NCBI GenBank assembly: GCA_004295015.1
Contig: SHNE01000026.1
Span: forward strand, 8,675-72,674
Length of the DNA: 64,000 bases
Source: Bacteroidota bacterium
GTDB taxonomy: Bacteria; Bacteroidota; Bacteroidia; AKYH767-A; 2013-40CM-41-45
Direction: 5' to 3'
Shown: positions 27,358 through 38,381 of the stretch, piece after piece
How positions within the stretch are numbered: the stretch's first letter is position 1
How the letters are laid out: every line of letters begins with the position of its first letter
Notes under the pieces: generated by a model
Seen by the model: the letters and a program-made list of their open reading frames with translations, nothing else
Database searches by the model: none
What the model was told of the DNA's origin: nothing
Position numbers and translations under genes: made by a program

Positions 27358-27525
27358 ACCCCTTGTTTCAGGAGCTTTTGCTGAGAAGCTTAACGAAATG
27401 ATCATTTTATTATCTCGTAAAAATTCCTCATTTTTGCTGGATATTCAATGAGAATTTGAGGTGAAAACCTGTTTTATTCAATAAAAACAAGGCTAACACT
27501 TCTGCTTTTTCGGTAATTCAGCAAA

Positions 27526-29568
27526 ATGACGACAATCAGGCAAAGTTTAATTATTATATTTCTTCTCATAGGGGTGAACCTGGAAGCGCAGACACCGAGC
27601 ACTTGTTTTGAAATCCAAAGTATCCTTGTTGACGCTTGTGGTAATCCTGAAGGGGCCAATGAAATGGCCCGATTTATTATCGGTCCCGCTGATATGAACA
27701 CGGCAGATTTAAGCATTAACTGGCCCAATAATCCTTATCGAAATATATGTCAGAATGCGAATACCGCATCCAAGGTTGCACAATTGAACGCAACGATTCA
27801 GGCATGTGGACTGATACTCGAACCTGTGGGCGGAGTGTTGCCTGCAGGTGCAACTGTTCTGATTGTCACCAGCGAAGATATGGATCCATCGTTTAACTCC
27901 TTTGCAGGATTAACGGACACCTTGTATATGATTTTTCAATGTAGCGGGAATACACAAGGGCATTTTAGAAATTACTCGTCTACTACAGCAATACGTACGT
28001 TGAGCATGTCGTTCACCGGATTTTGCTCCGATCAGGTTGACTATGATGCATCATTACTCGTTGACGCTAACGGAACTCCAACCACAGCTGATGGCAGTAC
28101 AGTAAATTATGATTTCGCAGGAAATGCCACATATACGAATCCGGGATGCCAGGCTCCCATTTCTGCATTGCTTGTAAATCTCTCGGCCAATAGTTCAACT
28201 GTTTGTAACGGAGATCTGATTACGGTCAATGCAACTATTGTTTCAGGAAACTTTTTATCCTATTTCTGGACAGGAGGCGCAGGCACTTACGCAAATCCAA
28301 CTCAACTTAGTACCGCTTATCAGACAGATCCGGGATTTCAGGGAACAGATGTTTTAAGGTTTGGAGTGATCGGAATATGCAATGATACATCTTACACCGA
28401 TTTACAAATTACGATTGGAAGCGGATCAGCTGCCAGCATCAATACAAGTGGACCTAGCACCTTCTGTGCAGGCGATTCAGTAGTTTTAACAGCATCAGCA
28501 GGATCGACCTATTTATGGTCGACTTCAGAAACCACCCAATCGATTACCGTAAACTCTTCAAACACATATACTGTTACTGTTACAGGAAGCTGCGGTACCA
28601 GCACTGCATCTCAAAGTGTAACCGTTAACCCACTTCCATTTGCAAGCATTACTGCAAATGGACCAACGAATTTCTGTCAGGGCGGCTCGGTGACATTAAC
28701 AGCTGCAGGAAGCGGACCTTTTCTATGGTCAACAGGAGCTACAACAGCAAGCATTAGTGCAAATACCACAAATACATATATACTTAGCGTTACAAATGGT
28801 TGCGGAACGGATACCGCCTCTCAAAGCGTGCTGGTCGACCCTGCTCCATCGGCAATGATCAGCGGAGCGCCAACAGTTGTATGCCCGAATGAAACAATCA
28901 CTCTTATTGCTAGCGGAGGAACAGGTTATTTATGGTCAACAGGAGCTACCACTACATCGATCACCATTAACACCGGAGGAACCTATAGTGTAACTGTGAA
29001 TACATCTTGCGGTTCTGACATGAGCAGCGTTATCATTGGCAGCAGTAATCTTAATGTCGGCTTTAGTGCAGACACATTAAGCGGCGCCTTTCCGCTCGAT
29101 GTAAACTTTAGCAATACTTCTGTTGGTGGAAATATTTTCAGCTGGAATTTTGGTGATGGAAATACAACATCTGCGAACAACCCACAACACACATTTCAAT
29201 CAAACGGCACATACAATGTGATATTAACAGGAACAGACGTTTTAGGGTGTACAGACACTGCACAGATTACAATCGTTGTATATGACGACACTCAAATTAC
29301 CATACCAAATGTATTCACACCGAATAATGATGGTAAAAATGAGTTCTTTAATATTTTCACAAACAAAACAAACCTTGGTGTGAACGGTCAAATATTTAAT
29401 CGCTGGGGAAAGGAAATTGCCACATGGAATTCGTTGACTGAAGGATGGAACGGAAAAACTAAAGGAGGAAGCGATGCGGCAGAAGGAGTTTATGTTTATA
29501 TCGTGAAAATTATTTTTCCCGATGGAAATATTGATGAACGAAACGGAGCCGTTAGTCTAATCCGGTAA
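27526..29568 (+). CDS. T9SS type B (gliding-motility-associated C-terminal domain) cargo protein with repeated Ig-like domains and a PKD domain
   Basis: 680 aa with a signal peptide. Four consecutive repeats of about 75 aa (FCxGxSVxLTA...YLWSTGATTxSIT...) are present. A PKD-like segment follows (FSWNFGDGNTTSANNPQHTFQSNGTYNVILTGTD). The C-terminus NVFTPNNDGKNEFFNI...GVYVYIVK matches the type B sorting domain. Confidence 0.75.
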   Translation: MTTIRQSLIIIFLLIGVNLEAQTPSTCFEIQSILVDACGNPEGANEMARFIIGPADMNTADLSINWPNNPYRNICQNANTASKVAQLNATIQACGLILEPVGGVLPAGATVLIVTSEDMDPSFNSFAGLTDTLYMIFQCSGNTQGHFRNYSSTTAIRTLSMSFTGFCSDQVDYDASLLVDANGTPTTADGSTVNYDFAGNATYTNPGCQAPISALLVNLSANSSTVCNGDLITVNATIVSGNFLSYFWTGGAGTYANPTQLSTAYQTDPGFQGTDVLRFGVIGICNDTSYTDLQITIGSGSAASINTSGPSTFCAGDSVVLTASAGSTYLWSTSETTQSITVNSSNTYTVTVTGSCGTSTASQSVTVNPLPFASITANGPTNFCQGGSVTLTAAGSGPFLWSTGATTASISANTTNTYILSVTNGCGTDTASQSVLVDPAPSAMISGAPTVVCPNETITLIASGGTGYLWSTGATTTSITINTGGTYSVTVNTSCGSDMSSVIIGSSNLNVGFSADTLSGAFPLDVNFSNTSVGGNIFSWNFGDGNTTSANNPQHTFQSNGTYNVILTGTDVLGCTDTAQITIVVYDDTQITIPNVFTPNNDGKNEFFNIFTNKTNLGVNGQIFNRWGKEIATWNSLTEGWNGKTKGGSDAAEGVYVYIVKIIFPDGNIDERNGAVSLIR

Positions 29569-29727
29569 AAACGAGGATAAAAACATATCCCGGAAATATT
29601 TAGAATTTTTTTGTCCGGACTAAAATTAGCATTGATTTGTCATGCCGATTGCAATGCATTAGTGATATTCGTCATAAGATAAATAGATCTTCTCGGCTAA
29701 CTTTGTCAGTAGCTTAAAAAAATTGAC

Positions 29728-30540
29728 ATGCAAAATTATTTACAGGAATTATTCGGGTTAAATGGAAAAACAGCCATTGTAACCGGTGGGGCGATGGGAA
29801 TCGGAAAAGGCATTGCCATTTCTCTGGCAAGTGCGGGGGCAACAGTCTTGATTGCCGACAGAGTTTCAACTGATGATGCCTCTGAAACGATGAAAGAACT
29901 TCGTTCAATCAATGCATCTTGTTCCTATTATCAAATTGATTTAACGGACATAAATAAACTACCCGCACTGGTAAAAAAAGCTGTCTCTGAATATGGAGCA
30001 CTGGATATTCTGGTGAACAATGCCGGCATCTACAAATACCAGGCGATGCTGGATATGAGTGAAGACATGTGGGACAAAGTCCTTGATTTGAATTTAAAGT
30101 CGGCCGTCTTCCTGTCAAAAGAAGCAGCTACTGCCATGAAGCAAAAAGGAAATGGAGGCCGGATAATCAATATAACATCGGTTGACGCCATGAAACCTGT
30201 TGCACCAAATCTTGCCCACTACGATGCATCCAAAGCAGCATTAAGAATGTTCACTAGATCATTTGCAAAAGAAGTAGCACCCTTTGGTATTCTGGTCAAC
30301 GATATAGCACCCGGTGGCGTTAACACACCCGGAACAAAACTGATTGCCGGAGAAAACCCAAGTGCAGAACAATTAAAAGCATTGGAAGCCCAAACTGCAG
30401 GCTTCATTCAAATGTTGCCAATAAAAAGATTTGGAGAACCTGAAGATATTGGAAGTGCAACTCTCTTCCTTGCAGGCAAGGCAGCAACTTATATAACGGG
30501 AACTACACTTGTAGTCGACGGCGGCATGCTGATAATGTAA
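29728..30540 (+). CDS. Short-chain dehydrogenase/reductase (SDR) family oxidoreductase
   Basis: 270 aa. The TGGAMGIGKG Rossmann motif, NNAG, and a Y-x-x-x-K catalytic dyad (YDASK) are present. Confidence 0.85.
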   Translation: MQNYLQELFGLNGKTAIVTGGAMGIGKGIAISLASAGATVLIADRVSTDDASETMKELRSINASCSYYQIDLTDINKLPALVKKAVSEYGALDILVNNAGIYKYQAMLDMSEDMWDKVLDLNLKSAVFLSKEAATAMKQKGNGGRIINITSVDAMKPVAPNLAHYDASKAALRMFTRSFAKEVAPFGILVNDIAPGGVNTPGTKLIAGENPSAEQLKALEAQTAGFIQMLPIKRFGEPEDIGSATLFLAGKAATYITGTTLVVDGGMLIM

Positions 30541-30653
30541 TCTGTCGACAGCAGATTCAAAACTGTGAAGAAATAATCAGGCTCTATTTTGCTACAGGCA
30601 TGTGAGCAACCTGATATGACAAATCACTTTCATCTAAACCATTAATAAAACAT

Positions 30654-33600
30654 TTACATATTGCGTCGGTATTCCCCACCCACCTCAAACAAAGCATGTG
30701 TAATCTCACCAAGGGAGCAATACTTGGCTGCTTCCATCAATTGTTCAAAAATATTTTTATTATGAATGGCTGCCGCCTGAACTTTTGCAAGAATTTCTTT
30801 TGCTACTGCCCCATTACCTTTATGCAAGGACTCAAGCATCTGAATCTGATATTCCTTTTCTTCTTTTTCTGCACGAATAACTTCTCTTGGCAATACAGTA
30901 GGTGAACCTTTAGAACTTAGAAAGGTATTAACTCCTATTATAGGGAATTCTCCATTATGTTTTAAAGTTTCATAGTACAATGATTCCTCCTGGATTTTAC
31001 CCCGCTGATACATTGTCTCCATTGCACCTAACACCCCTCCTCTTTCAGTGATACGGTCAAACTCTTTGTAGACGGCTTCTTCAACCAATTCCGTCATCTC
31101 TTCAATAATGAACGACCCTTGCAGGGGATTTTCATTTTTAGCCTGACCTAATTCTTTATTTATAATCAGCTGAATGGCCATGGCACGTCGAACGCTTTCT
31201 TCCGTCGGTGTGGTAATTGCTTCATCGTATGCATTTGTGTGCAACGAATTACAATTATCGTATATAGCATACAAAGCCTGCAAAGTGGTACGTATATCAT
31301 TGAAGTCGATTTCCTGGGCATGAAGCGATCGACCGGATGTTTGTATGTGGTACTTGAGCATTTGAGAACGTTCGTTGCCGCCGTATTTTAATTTAATTGC
31401 TTTAGCCCATATTCGTCGCGCCACCCGACCGATGACTGCATATTCCGGGTCAATTCCATTGCTGAAAAAGAAGGAAAGGTTAGGAGCAAAATCATCTATA
31501 TGCATTCCCCTGCTCAGATAGTACTCAACATACGTGAATCCATTTGAAAGAGTAAAGGCTAATTGAGTGATTGGATTGGCTCCTGCTTCTGCAATGTGAT
31601 ATCCACTTATTGACACACTATAGAAATTACGAACCTTTTGCTCAATAAAATACTTCTGAATGTCGCCCATCATCCGAAGTGCGAACTCAGTACTGAAGAT
31701 GCATGTATTCTGTGCCTGATCCTCTTTTAAAATATCCGCCTGAACTGTACCTCTTACTTTGGTGAGTGTTTCGGTCTTTATCTTTTCATATACATCCGAA
31801 GGCAATACTTCATCACCGGTTACACCCAGGAGAAACAGTCCGAGTCCATTGTTCCCTTCGGGTAAATCTCCCTGATAGGAAGGACGCTTAACACCTTTCT
31901 CCTTATAAATACCGAGAATCTTTTTCTCAACTTCTTTTTCAAGTCCCTTCTCGTGAATGTAAATTTCACATTGTTGATCAATTGCAGCATTCATAAAATA
32001 GCCCAACAACATCGGTGCGGGACCATTGATAGTCATAGAGACTGATGTGCTTGGAGATGATAGATCAAAACCCGAATACAGTTTCTTTGCATCATCAAGA
32101 CAACATATATTTACACCGGAATTTCCGATTTTCCCGTAAATATCCGGGCGCCAATCAGGGTCATTTCCGTAAAGTGTTACGGAGTCAAATGCTGTTGATA
32201 GTCTTGCGGCAGGCATGCCTTTACTGACATAATGAAATCGCCTGTTCGTTCGCTCCGGTCCACCTTCACCGGCAAACATTCGTGTTGGATCTTCTCCTTC
32301 CCTTTTAAAAGGATAAATTCCTGCAGCAAATGGAAATTCTCCGGGAACATTTTCTGTAAGAATCCAATGCAATATCTCTCCCCAACTGTTATAAGATGGA
32401 GTTACCACTTTAGGGATTTGAGAATGAGAAAGTGATTCAGTGTGTGTTTGTATACTGATTTCCTTGTTGCGAACTTTGAACGTGTAGACATCGTCTTTAT
32501 ATAGCTTACGCTTCGCTTGCCATTCTTGCAACAATTTCCAGTTTATCGGATCAAGATGAAGTTTTTCATTCTCAAAAGTTTCCTGCAATCCTTTAATAAG
32601 TCGGTCCTTATCTACCAGTTTTCCTGCTTTAATTGCAGCCATTGATAGGTGCAGCGCATATAATTTTTCAGCGATATCACTTTGATCTCTGGCCCACTTT
32701 TCATAACTGCGATTCGTCTCCGTAATTTCGCTTAAGTAACGTGTACGATTCGGAGGGATGACATATATCTTTTCCGACATCTCTTTTGAAATCTTATATC
32801 CTGATTTCAAAGAAGTATTTGTTTTTTCAACAATGGTATTCATTACTGCCAGGTAAAGGTTATTCATACCCGGATCATTAAATTGAGAAGCGATAGTGCC
32901 AAAGACCGGCATAGACTCATCATCCTTGTCCCATAGTTGATGATTTCTCTTATACTGCTTCTTCACGTCGCGCAAGGCATCCAGTGCTCCCCGCTTATCA
33001 AATTTATTGAGTGCAATAAGATCAGCAAAATCGAGCATGTCAATTTTCTCCAACTGCGTGGCAGCACCATATTCAGGTGTCATTACATACAAAGAAACAT
33101 TACTATGATCCAGTATTTCGGTATCACTCTGACCAATGCCTGAAGTTTCTAAAATAACCAGATCATATTTTGCGGCTTTTAAAATATCGACTGCTTCGCT
33201 TACATGTTTTGAAAGTGCCAGATTACTTTGTCGGGTAGCAAGTGAACGCATATACACTCTGGGATTCCTGATGGCATTCATACGTATACGATCACCCAAT
33301 AATGCCCCACCTGTTTTTCTTTTTGATGGGTCAACAGAAACAACAGCAATAAATTTTTCCGGAAAATCAATAAGGAATCTTCTGACCAGCTCGTCAACCA
33401 GCGAAGATTTTCCTGAGCCTCCGGTACCTGTAATACCTAAGACAGGTGTCTTACTCTTCGAGGCCAATTCTTTCACTCTTTGCATTTCCGGTTTGGCCAT
33501 CTCCGGATTATTTTCGGCTGCCGAAATTAATGTTGCAATAGATCGCCAGTTTCTTTCCAGTAGATGTCCAACTTCCCCATTTAATTTTGCTCCTGTTGGA

Positions 33601-34034
33601 AAATCGCTTTTCATGAGCAGATCGTTAATCATACCCTGCAATCCCATATGCCGTCCGTCATCAGGATGATAAATCCTTGTAACGCCGTACTTCTGAAGTT
33701 CATCAATTTCGTCAGGCAATATTGTTCCTCCTCCTCCTCCAAATACTTTAATATGTCCGGCTCCTTTTTCGTTTAGGAGATCGACCATGTATTTAAAATA
33801 TTCCACATGTCCGCCCTGATAGCTCGTCATTGCAATGGCTTGTGCATCCTCCTGAATGGCACAATTCACCACTTCTTCAACGCTTCTGTCGTGACCTAAA
33901 TGAATCACTTCCGCACCACTCGATTGAATGATTCGACGCATGATATTGATAGCTGCATCATGACCATCAAACAGCGAGGCAGCCGTTACAATGCGGATTT
34001 TGTTTTTAGGCTTATAAACTTCGATTTTTTGCAT
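30654..34034 (-). CDS. icmF: Fused B12-dependent acyl-CoA mutase of the IcmF type (B12-binding domain, MeaB-like G-protein, mutase TIM-barrel)
   Basis: 1126 aa. The N-terminal B12-binding domain has the DxHxxG motif ([10 protein letters not shown]). The central P-loop GTPase ([16 protein letters not shown]) is MeaB-like. The large C-terminal region has the mutase substrate-binding barrel. The domain order matches IcmF. Confidence 0.8.
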   Translation of the reverse strand: MQKIEVYKPKNKIRIVTAASLFDGHDAAINIMRRIIQSSGAEVIHLGHDRSVEEVVNCAIQEDAQAIAMTSYQGGHVEYFKYMVDLLNEKGAGHIKVFGGGGGTILPDEIDELQKYGVTRIYHPDDGRHMGLQGMINDLLMKSDFPTGAKLNGEVGHLLERNWRSIATLISAAENNPEMAKPEMQRVKELASKSKTPVLGITGTGGSGKSSLVDELVRRFLIDFPEKFIAVVSVDPSKRKTGGALLGDRIRMNAIRNPRVYMRSLATRQSNLALSKHVSEAVDILKAAKYDLVILETSGIGQSDTEILDHSNVSLYVMTPEYGAATQLEKIDMLDFADLIALNKFDKRGALDALRDVKKQYKRNHQLWDKDDESMPVFGTIASQFNDPGMNNLYLAVMNTIVEKTNTSLKSGYKISKEMSEKIYVIPPNRTRYLSEITETNRSYEKWARDQSDIAEKLYALHLSMAAIKAGKLVDKDRLIKGLQETFENEKLHLDPINWKLLQEWQAKRKLYKDDVYTFKVRNKEISIQTHTESLSHSQIPKVVTPSYNSWGEILHWILTENVPGEFPFAAGIYPFKREGEDPTRMFAGEGGPERTNRRFHYVSKGMPAARLSTAFDSVTLYGNDPDWRPDIYGKIGNSGVNICCLDDAKKLYSGFDLSSPSTSVSMTINGPAPMLLGYFMNAAIDQQCEIYIHEKGLEKEVEKKILGIYKEKGVKRPSYQGDLPEGNNGLGLFLLGVTGDEVLPSDVYEKIKTETLTKVRGTVQADILKEDQAQNTCIFSTEFALRMMGDIQKYFIEQKVRNFYSVSISGYHIAEAGANPITQLAFTLSNGFTYVEYYLSRGMHIDDFAPNLSFFFSNGIDPEYAVIGRVARRIWAKAIKLKYGGNERSQMLKYHIQTSGRSLHAQEIDFNDIRTTLQALYAIYDNCNSLHTNAYDEAITTPTEESVRRAMAIQLIINKELGQAKNENPLQGSFIIEEMTELVEEAVYKEFDRITERGGVLGAMETMYQRGKIQEESLYYETLKHNGEFPIIGVNTFLSSKGSPTVLPREVIRAEKEEKEYQIQMLESLHKGNGAVAKEILAKVQAAAIHNKNIFEQLMEAAKYCSLGEITHALFEVGGEYRRNM

Positions 34035-34322
34035 ATTTTAAACTATACGGTGAACAAAGATATGAATTTCATCGAGCTTAAAATGGCCAATTTAATGAGT
34101 CACTTCAATGGCTCAACGGCATATTTTAATTCGAACACACTCAGTCAACATGGTATAATCTCTGCAAATTATTTTCAACTAAAATTTTATCTTCTCTGAA
34201 GGCCAGGATTGACGAGCCTTTCCGTAGAATCGACAAAAACATGCTTTTATACCAAGTGAATTATCCCACTCGCCATAAATACAATTTAATCCTGAGTTAT
34301 TTCTTCAATTTTTCATAAACTC

Positions 34323-37300
34323 GTGTTTCTAAAGGGCTTTCAAGGCCATTCTAACATCTCTTCAGTTTTGAAAAAGGTTTTTATTGGAGTACTTCTTATG
34401 CCGTTTTTGATTGAAACAGCATACTCGCAGCTGCTTATCAATGAGATTTGCCCTGCAAATATCACTGTTATCCAAAATTCAACGGGCAACTACTTTGACT
34501 ATATAGAATTATACAATGCAGGTACAGCTCCTTTAAACATTTCCGGATTTGCACTCAATGATGAACCTATAGTTGAATCAGAATCTATCCTGCCCGACTA
34601 CGTCCTGGCCGCCGGATCCAGACTTTTAATTTATGCTTCAGGCTCAAATGACGTTGACGTGGTTGATCATTATGAAATGCCTGTAGATGCCTATCAATCC
34701 TGGAGGTATATGGTAGGTTCTGCCGCACTTGATCCCAACTGGAGGGAATTGAATTTTGATGACAGCCAATGGTCTCTCGGCAATGGCGGTATCGGATATG
34801 GAGATGGCGACGATGCTACTGTAGTATCGCAAGAAATTTCTGTAATGATGCGTAAAACATTTACTATTACTGATTCTGCTTCAATCCTTGAAGCCATCTT
34901 AATGATGGACTTTGATGATGGTTTTAAAGCATACCTCAACGGAGTTGAGATTGCTTCTGTAAATATGTGGTCAGGCAATTTAGATTGGGACATATGGGCT
35001 AAGGATGCACATGAGGCGCAAATCTACCAGGGACTCCCTCCCGATTCTTTCTATATTGACAAAGATCTCCTGAAATCATTATTGATTAACGGAAAAAATG
35101 TTCTTGCAATTCAAACACACAATGTCGAGCCAAATTCCTCAGATCTTTCCTCCATTCCATTTTTAATTTTTGGGACAAAAGATTCTGCCTATAATTTCCC
35201 TGCTCCACCAACATGGTTCAGATCTCCGGACAACTCATCCCTCTACGTAAAATTCAAATTAGGAAGAAATGGAGAAAGCATATATTTATTTGATCCGAAC
35301 GGGAACATAATTGACCAACAGGTCTACCCACCTCTTGAGTCAGATCATTCCTATCAACGCAGCTATGACGGAGCAGGCAGTTGGTCTGTAAGTTACTCTC
35401 CAACACCTGCTGCTTCAAATAATTCCTTTGCATGTTACACCGGCTATACATTGAATCCTCTGTTTTCAATTGACGGTGGCTTTTATCCTTCTACACAATC
35501 TCTGGCAATAACGACAGCTCAAATTGGTGGAATTATTCGCTACACGAGCAACGGCGACATTCCAACTGCAACCGATTCCATTCTTAGTAGCACAATAAAT
35601 ATTTCGTCATCTTCAACCATCCGTGCACGAGTTTTTGCAAGCGGATACCTGCCGGGAAAAACAGTTACTCATACTTTTCTAATTAATGAAGTAAGCAAAC
35701 TACCTGTCTTTGCCTTAACAACCGATTCGTTAAATCTGTGGGACGAAAACACAGGAATATATGTACTAGGGCCGAATGCTGACAGCCTATGGCCACATTT
35801 CGGTGCAAACTTCTGGCAAGAATGGAAAAAACCTGTCACGGTAGAGTACTATGATAGATCAAAACAAAATGTTTTAAATTTTAATGCAGGTTTTGAAATT
35901 TACGGAAACTATTCAAGGGCAAAGGCACAGAAAAGTTTTGAAATACACCTGGAAGATCAATATGGCTTGCATGACATTCACTACCCACTAATCAATGACA
36001 AATCCTGGATAAGCGAATATGAAAACATAGTCCTACGTAACTCGGGTACCGACTGGAATGTTGTTCATTTCAGAGATGCGATGATGCAACGCATAATGAA
36101 AAATACGCATAGCAGTTATCTGGCAGCCGAATCTGTCCGAGTTTTTCTCAATGGAAAAGACTGGGGGGTTTATAATGTGCACGAGAAAAATAACCACAAA
36201 TGGGTAGAAACAAATTATGATTTAAAAAAATCAGAATTCTCCTTTTTAAGTGAGCAAGGAAGTAAAATAACTGCTGAAAACGGAACCGCCGATGAGTTTT
36301 GGAAACTTTATGAGTATGCTACAACTGAGGCTCAAGATTCAACTAAATATTACGAATACATCAATCAACACCTGGATTTAAAAAACTACGCTGATTATTT
36401 TATTGCTGAAACATATTACGATAACGGAGACTGGATTGGAGAATGGACCAATAATATTAAAATGTGGAAACCTAACAAAGAGGGATCACGATGGAAGTAT
36501 TTACTCCTTGATCTTGATTTCGGGCTTGGCCTTTTTGGAAACACGCAGGAGAACAGATTAGAGATGGCAAGAAATCCCATGGCTAACAGCAACTCTTCAA
36601 ACATGTTTGATGCCATTCTTAAAAACCCAATATTTAAAAGATATTTCATTAACCGGTATGCAGATCTAATAAACACCATTTACCTTCCATCAAGCATCAA
36701 TGCCGTTATGCATCAGTTTAAAGACTCGATGGAAACTGACATGAAATACCATTTCAACAAATGGGGCAGTGATTCGGCCACATGGAACAATAATATAGCA
36801 AGTATGATGAGCTACGTAGCTCAAAGGCCTTCGTTCATGAGATCAGTTTTGAATAATGACTTTTCTCTTGCCGGAGAAGTGACACTGACTTTAAATACAG
36901 TACCGGCCGGCTCAGGTCGCATTGAAATAAATACGATTACTCCCCTTAGTTATCCATGGAACGGAGTTTACTTTAACGGGAACCCTGTTACAATTACAGC
37001 AATTCCAAATCCCGGATACAGTTTCGATCATTGGACTGCCGGCAATATAAACACAAACGCAGGTGCAGATCAATTGACTGTCAACTTCACGGGCAACGAT
37101 CAAATTACGGCACATTTTACAGGTTCTGATGAAGATCCCCTCATCAACATAAGTGAATTCAACTACCATTCAGATTCTACTTTCGATTCAGGCGATTGGA
37201 TAGAGTTATTTAATTATGGATCATCAGAAATCGATCTTTCAGGATGGAAATTCAGAGATGAGGAGGAAAATCATGTGTTTACGATTCCTACAGGGACAAA

Positions 37301-38345
37301 AATTCCCTCTAATTCTTACCTCGTACTATCAGAAGACACATCCAGGTTTGACCTGATATATCCTGATGTTCGAAATAGAATCGGACAATTTGAATTTAGT
37401 TTGAATAATTCAGGTGATGAAATACACCTTTACAATTACATCGACGAACCCTATATTTCATTTGCATACGAAACCAGCCAACCTTGGCCTGTGGAAGCAG
37501 ATGGTGATGGCTATACATGTGAATTAAAAAGTAACCAAACCTATCATGCTGACGGTAACAACTGGCAAATTGGTTGCTTTGGAGGTTCTCCGGGCAAAGC
37601 AAAAGACAATAACCTATCCATAGCGATAAATATTATTGGCGAAAATTATTTCTGTAAGAACTCAAGCAATCTTCTGAGCACAAATGAAATTGCGGATGCT
37701 ACCTATCAATGGAAACTAAACGGTATAAACATAGGATCAGCGATAACACCATCATATAATGTTGACGAAGAAGCAAGCTATCAGGTGCGTGTTCAGGTTA
37801 AATCTTGCAGCGGAATATCCGCACCTGTAGATATTTCACAGGCTCCACTATCGATTGAACCAATCGTTAAAAACGGAAATCGTTGTGGTAATGGTCAGGT
37901 GCTATTACAGGCTTCTTCTAATGAATTAATTCAATGGTATGACGCACCCGGAGGAAATCTAATAGGGTCCGGAAATAAATTTGCGACTCCTTCAATTTCA
38001 CAAACCACAAAATATTATGCTTTGAGTGGCGGCCGCTGTCCAAGCAAGTCCGTCGAAGTATTGGCATCAATAAACAATGCGTGTGAAAGTCCTGTAATGG
38101 CTTTCCCAAATCCTTCTAATTCTTCAACTGTGAATGTACTGCTCGACAATTCCTATCAGACCGGAAAAATATTAGTCAGCATAGTTGACTGTATGGGCAG
38201 AATAGTACAAAGCAAAGAGGAGGATTTGTCTGAATTGCAAACACTGCTGGAAATAAATACCGGAAACTTATCACAAGGTATTTATTCATTGAGCGTAAGA
38301 CAGGGAGATAATTATAATGCCACCAAACTATTAAGGCAAAAGTAA
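34323..38345 (+). CDS. CotH kinase-family protein with two lamin-tail domains, Ig-like domains and a T9SS type A C-terminal domain
   Basis: 1340 aa. The first LTD is LLINEICPAN...DYIELYNAGTAPLNISGFAL. The second is LINISEFNYHSDSTFDSGDWIELFNYGSSEIDLSGWKF. The central region (YENIVLRNSGTDWNVVHFRDAMMQRI...LDLDFGLG) is CotH-like. The C-terminus AFPNPSNSSTVNVLL...GIYSLSV is a T9SS C-terminal domain. Confidence 0.7.
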   Translation: MFLKGFQGHSNISSVLKKVFIGVLLMPFLIETAYSQLLINEICPANITVIQNSTGNYFDYIELYNAGTAPLNISGFALNDEPIVESESILPDYVLAAGSRLLIYASGSNDVDVVDHYEMPVDAYQSWRYMVGSAALDPNWRELNFDDSQWSLGNGGIGYGDGDDATVVSQEISVMMRKTFTITDSASILEAILMMDFDDGFKAYLNGVEIASVNMWSGNLDWDIWAKDAHEAQIYQGLPPDSFYIDKDLLKSLLINGKNVLAIQTHNVEPNSSDLSSIPFLIFGTKDSAYNFPAPPTWFRSPDNSSLYVKFKLGRNGESIYLFDPNGNIIDQQVYPPLESDHSYQRSYDGAGSWSVSYSPTPAASNNSFACYTGYTLNPLFSIDGGFYPSTQSLAITTAQIGGIIRYTSNGDIPTATDSILSSTINISSSSTIRARVFASGYLPGKTVTHTFLINEVSKLPVFALTTDSLNLWDENTGIYVLGPNADSLWPHFGANFWQEWKKPVTVEYYDRSKQNVLNFNAGFEIYGNYSRAKAQKSFEIHLEDQYGLHDIHYPLINDKSWISEYENIVLRNSGTDWNVVHFRDAMMQRIMKNTHSSYLAAESVRVFLNGKDWGVYNVHEKNNHKWVETNYDLKKSEFSFLSEQGSKITAENGTADEFWKLYEYATTEAQDSTKYYEYINQHLDLKNYADYFIAETYYDNGDWIGEWTNNIKMWKPNKEGSRWKYLLLDLDFGLGLFGNTQENRLEMARNPMANSNSSNMFDAILKNPIFKRYFINRYADLINTIYLPSSINAVMHQFKDSMETDMKYHFNKWGSDSATWNNNIASMMSYVAQRPSFMRSVLNNDFSLAGEVTLTLNTVPAGSGRIEINTITPLSYPWNGVYFNGNPVTITAIPNPGYSFDHWTAGNINTNAGADQLTVNFTGNDQITAHFTGSDEDPLINISEFNYHSDSTFDSGDWIELFNYGSSEIDLSGWKFRDEEENHVFTIPTGTKIPSNSYLVLSEDTSRFDLIYPDVRNRIGQFEFSLNNSGDEIHLYNYIDEPYISFAYETSQPWPVEADGDGYTCELKSNQTYHADGNNWQIGCFGGSPGKAKDNNLSIAINIIGENYFCKNSSNLLSTNEIADATYQWKLNGINIGSAITPSYNVDEEASYQVRVQVKSCSGISAPVDISQAPLSIEPIVKNGNRCGNGQVLLQASSNELIQWYDAPGGNLIGSGNKFATPSISQTTKYYALSGGRCPSKSVEVLASINNACESPVMAFPNPSNSSTVNVLLDNSYQTGKILVSIVDCMGRIVQSKEEDLSELQTLLEINTGNLSQGIYSLSVRQGDNYNATKLLRQK

Positions 38346-38381
38346 ACTTCAGCCCTTTCGCTTCTAAACTGACGATTTCAT

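Noticed and set aside
29660-29700. gcaatgcattagtgatattcg as a fourth remnant of the cacgaatgcac repeat family
   Set aside because: It shares only about 10 scattered nt (aatgca.ta.t) and has no paired inverted arm. It is not distinguishable from chance in AT-rich DNA.
30539-30557. A palindrome-like aatctgtcgacagcagatt after the SDR stop
   Set aside because: Only a 6-bp stem with a 7-nt loop, and no downstream T-run. It is probably incidental.
34035-34322. A possible tRNA or cobalamin riboswitch upstream of the B12-dependent mutase
   Set aside because: No GC-rich acceptor or T-arm (GTTCGAATC-like) context is present. No B12-box (GCCACTG, or CAGTGGC on this strand) is present. The region is plain AT-rich spacer.
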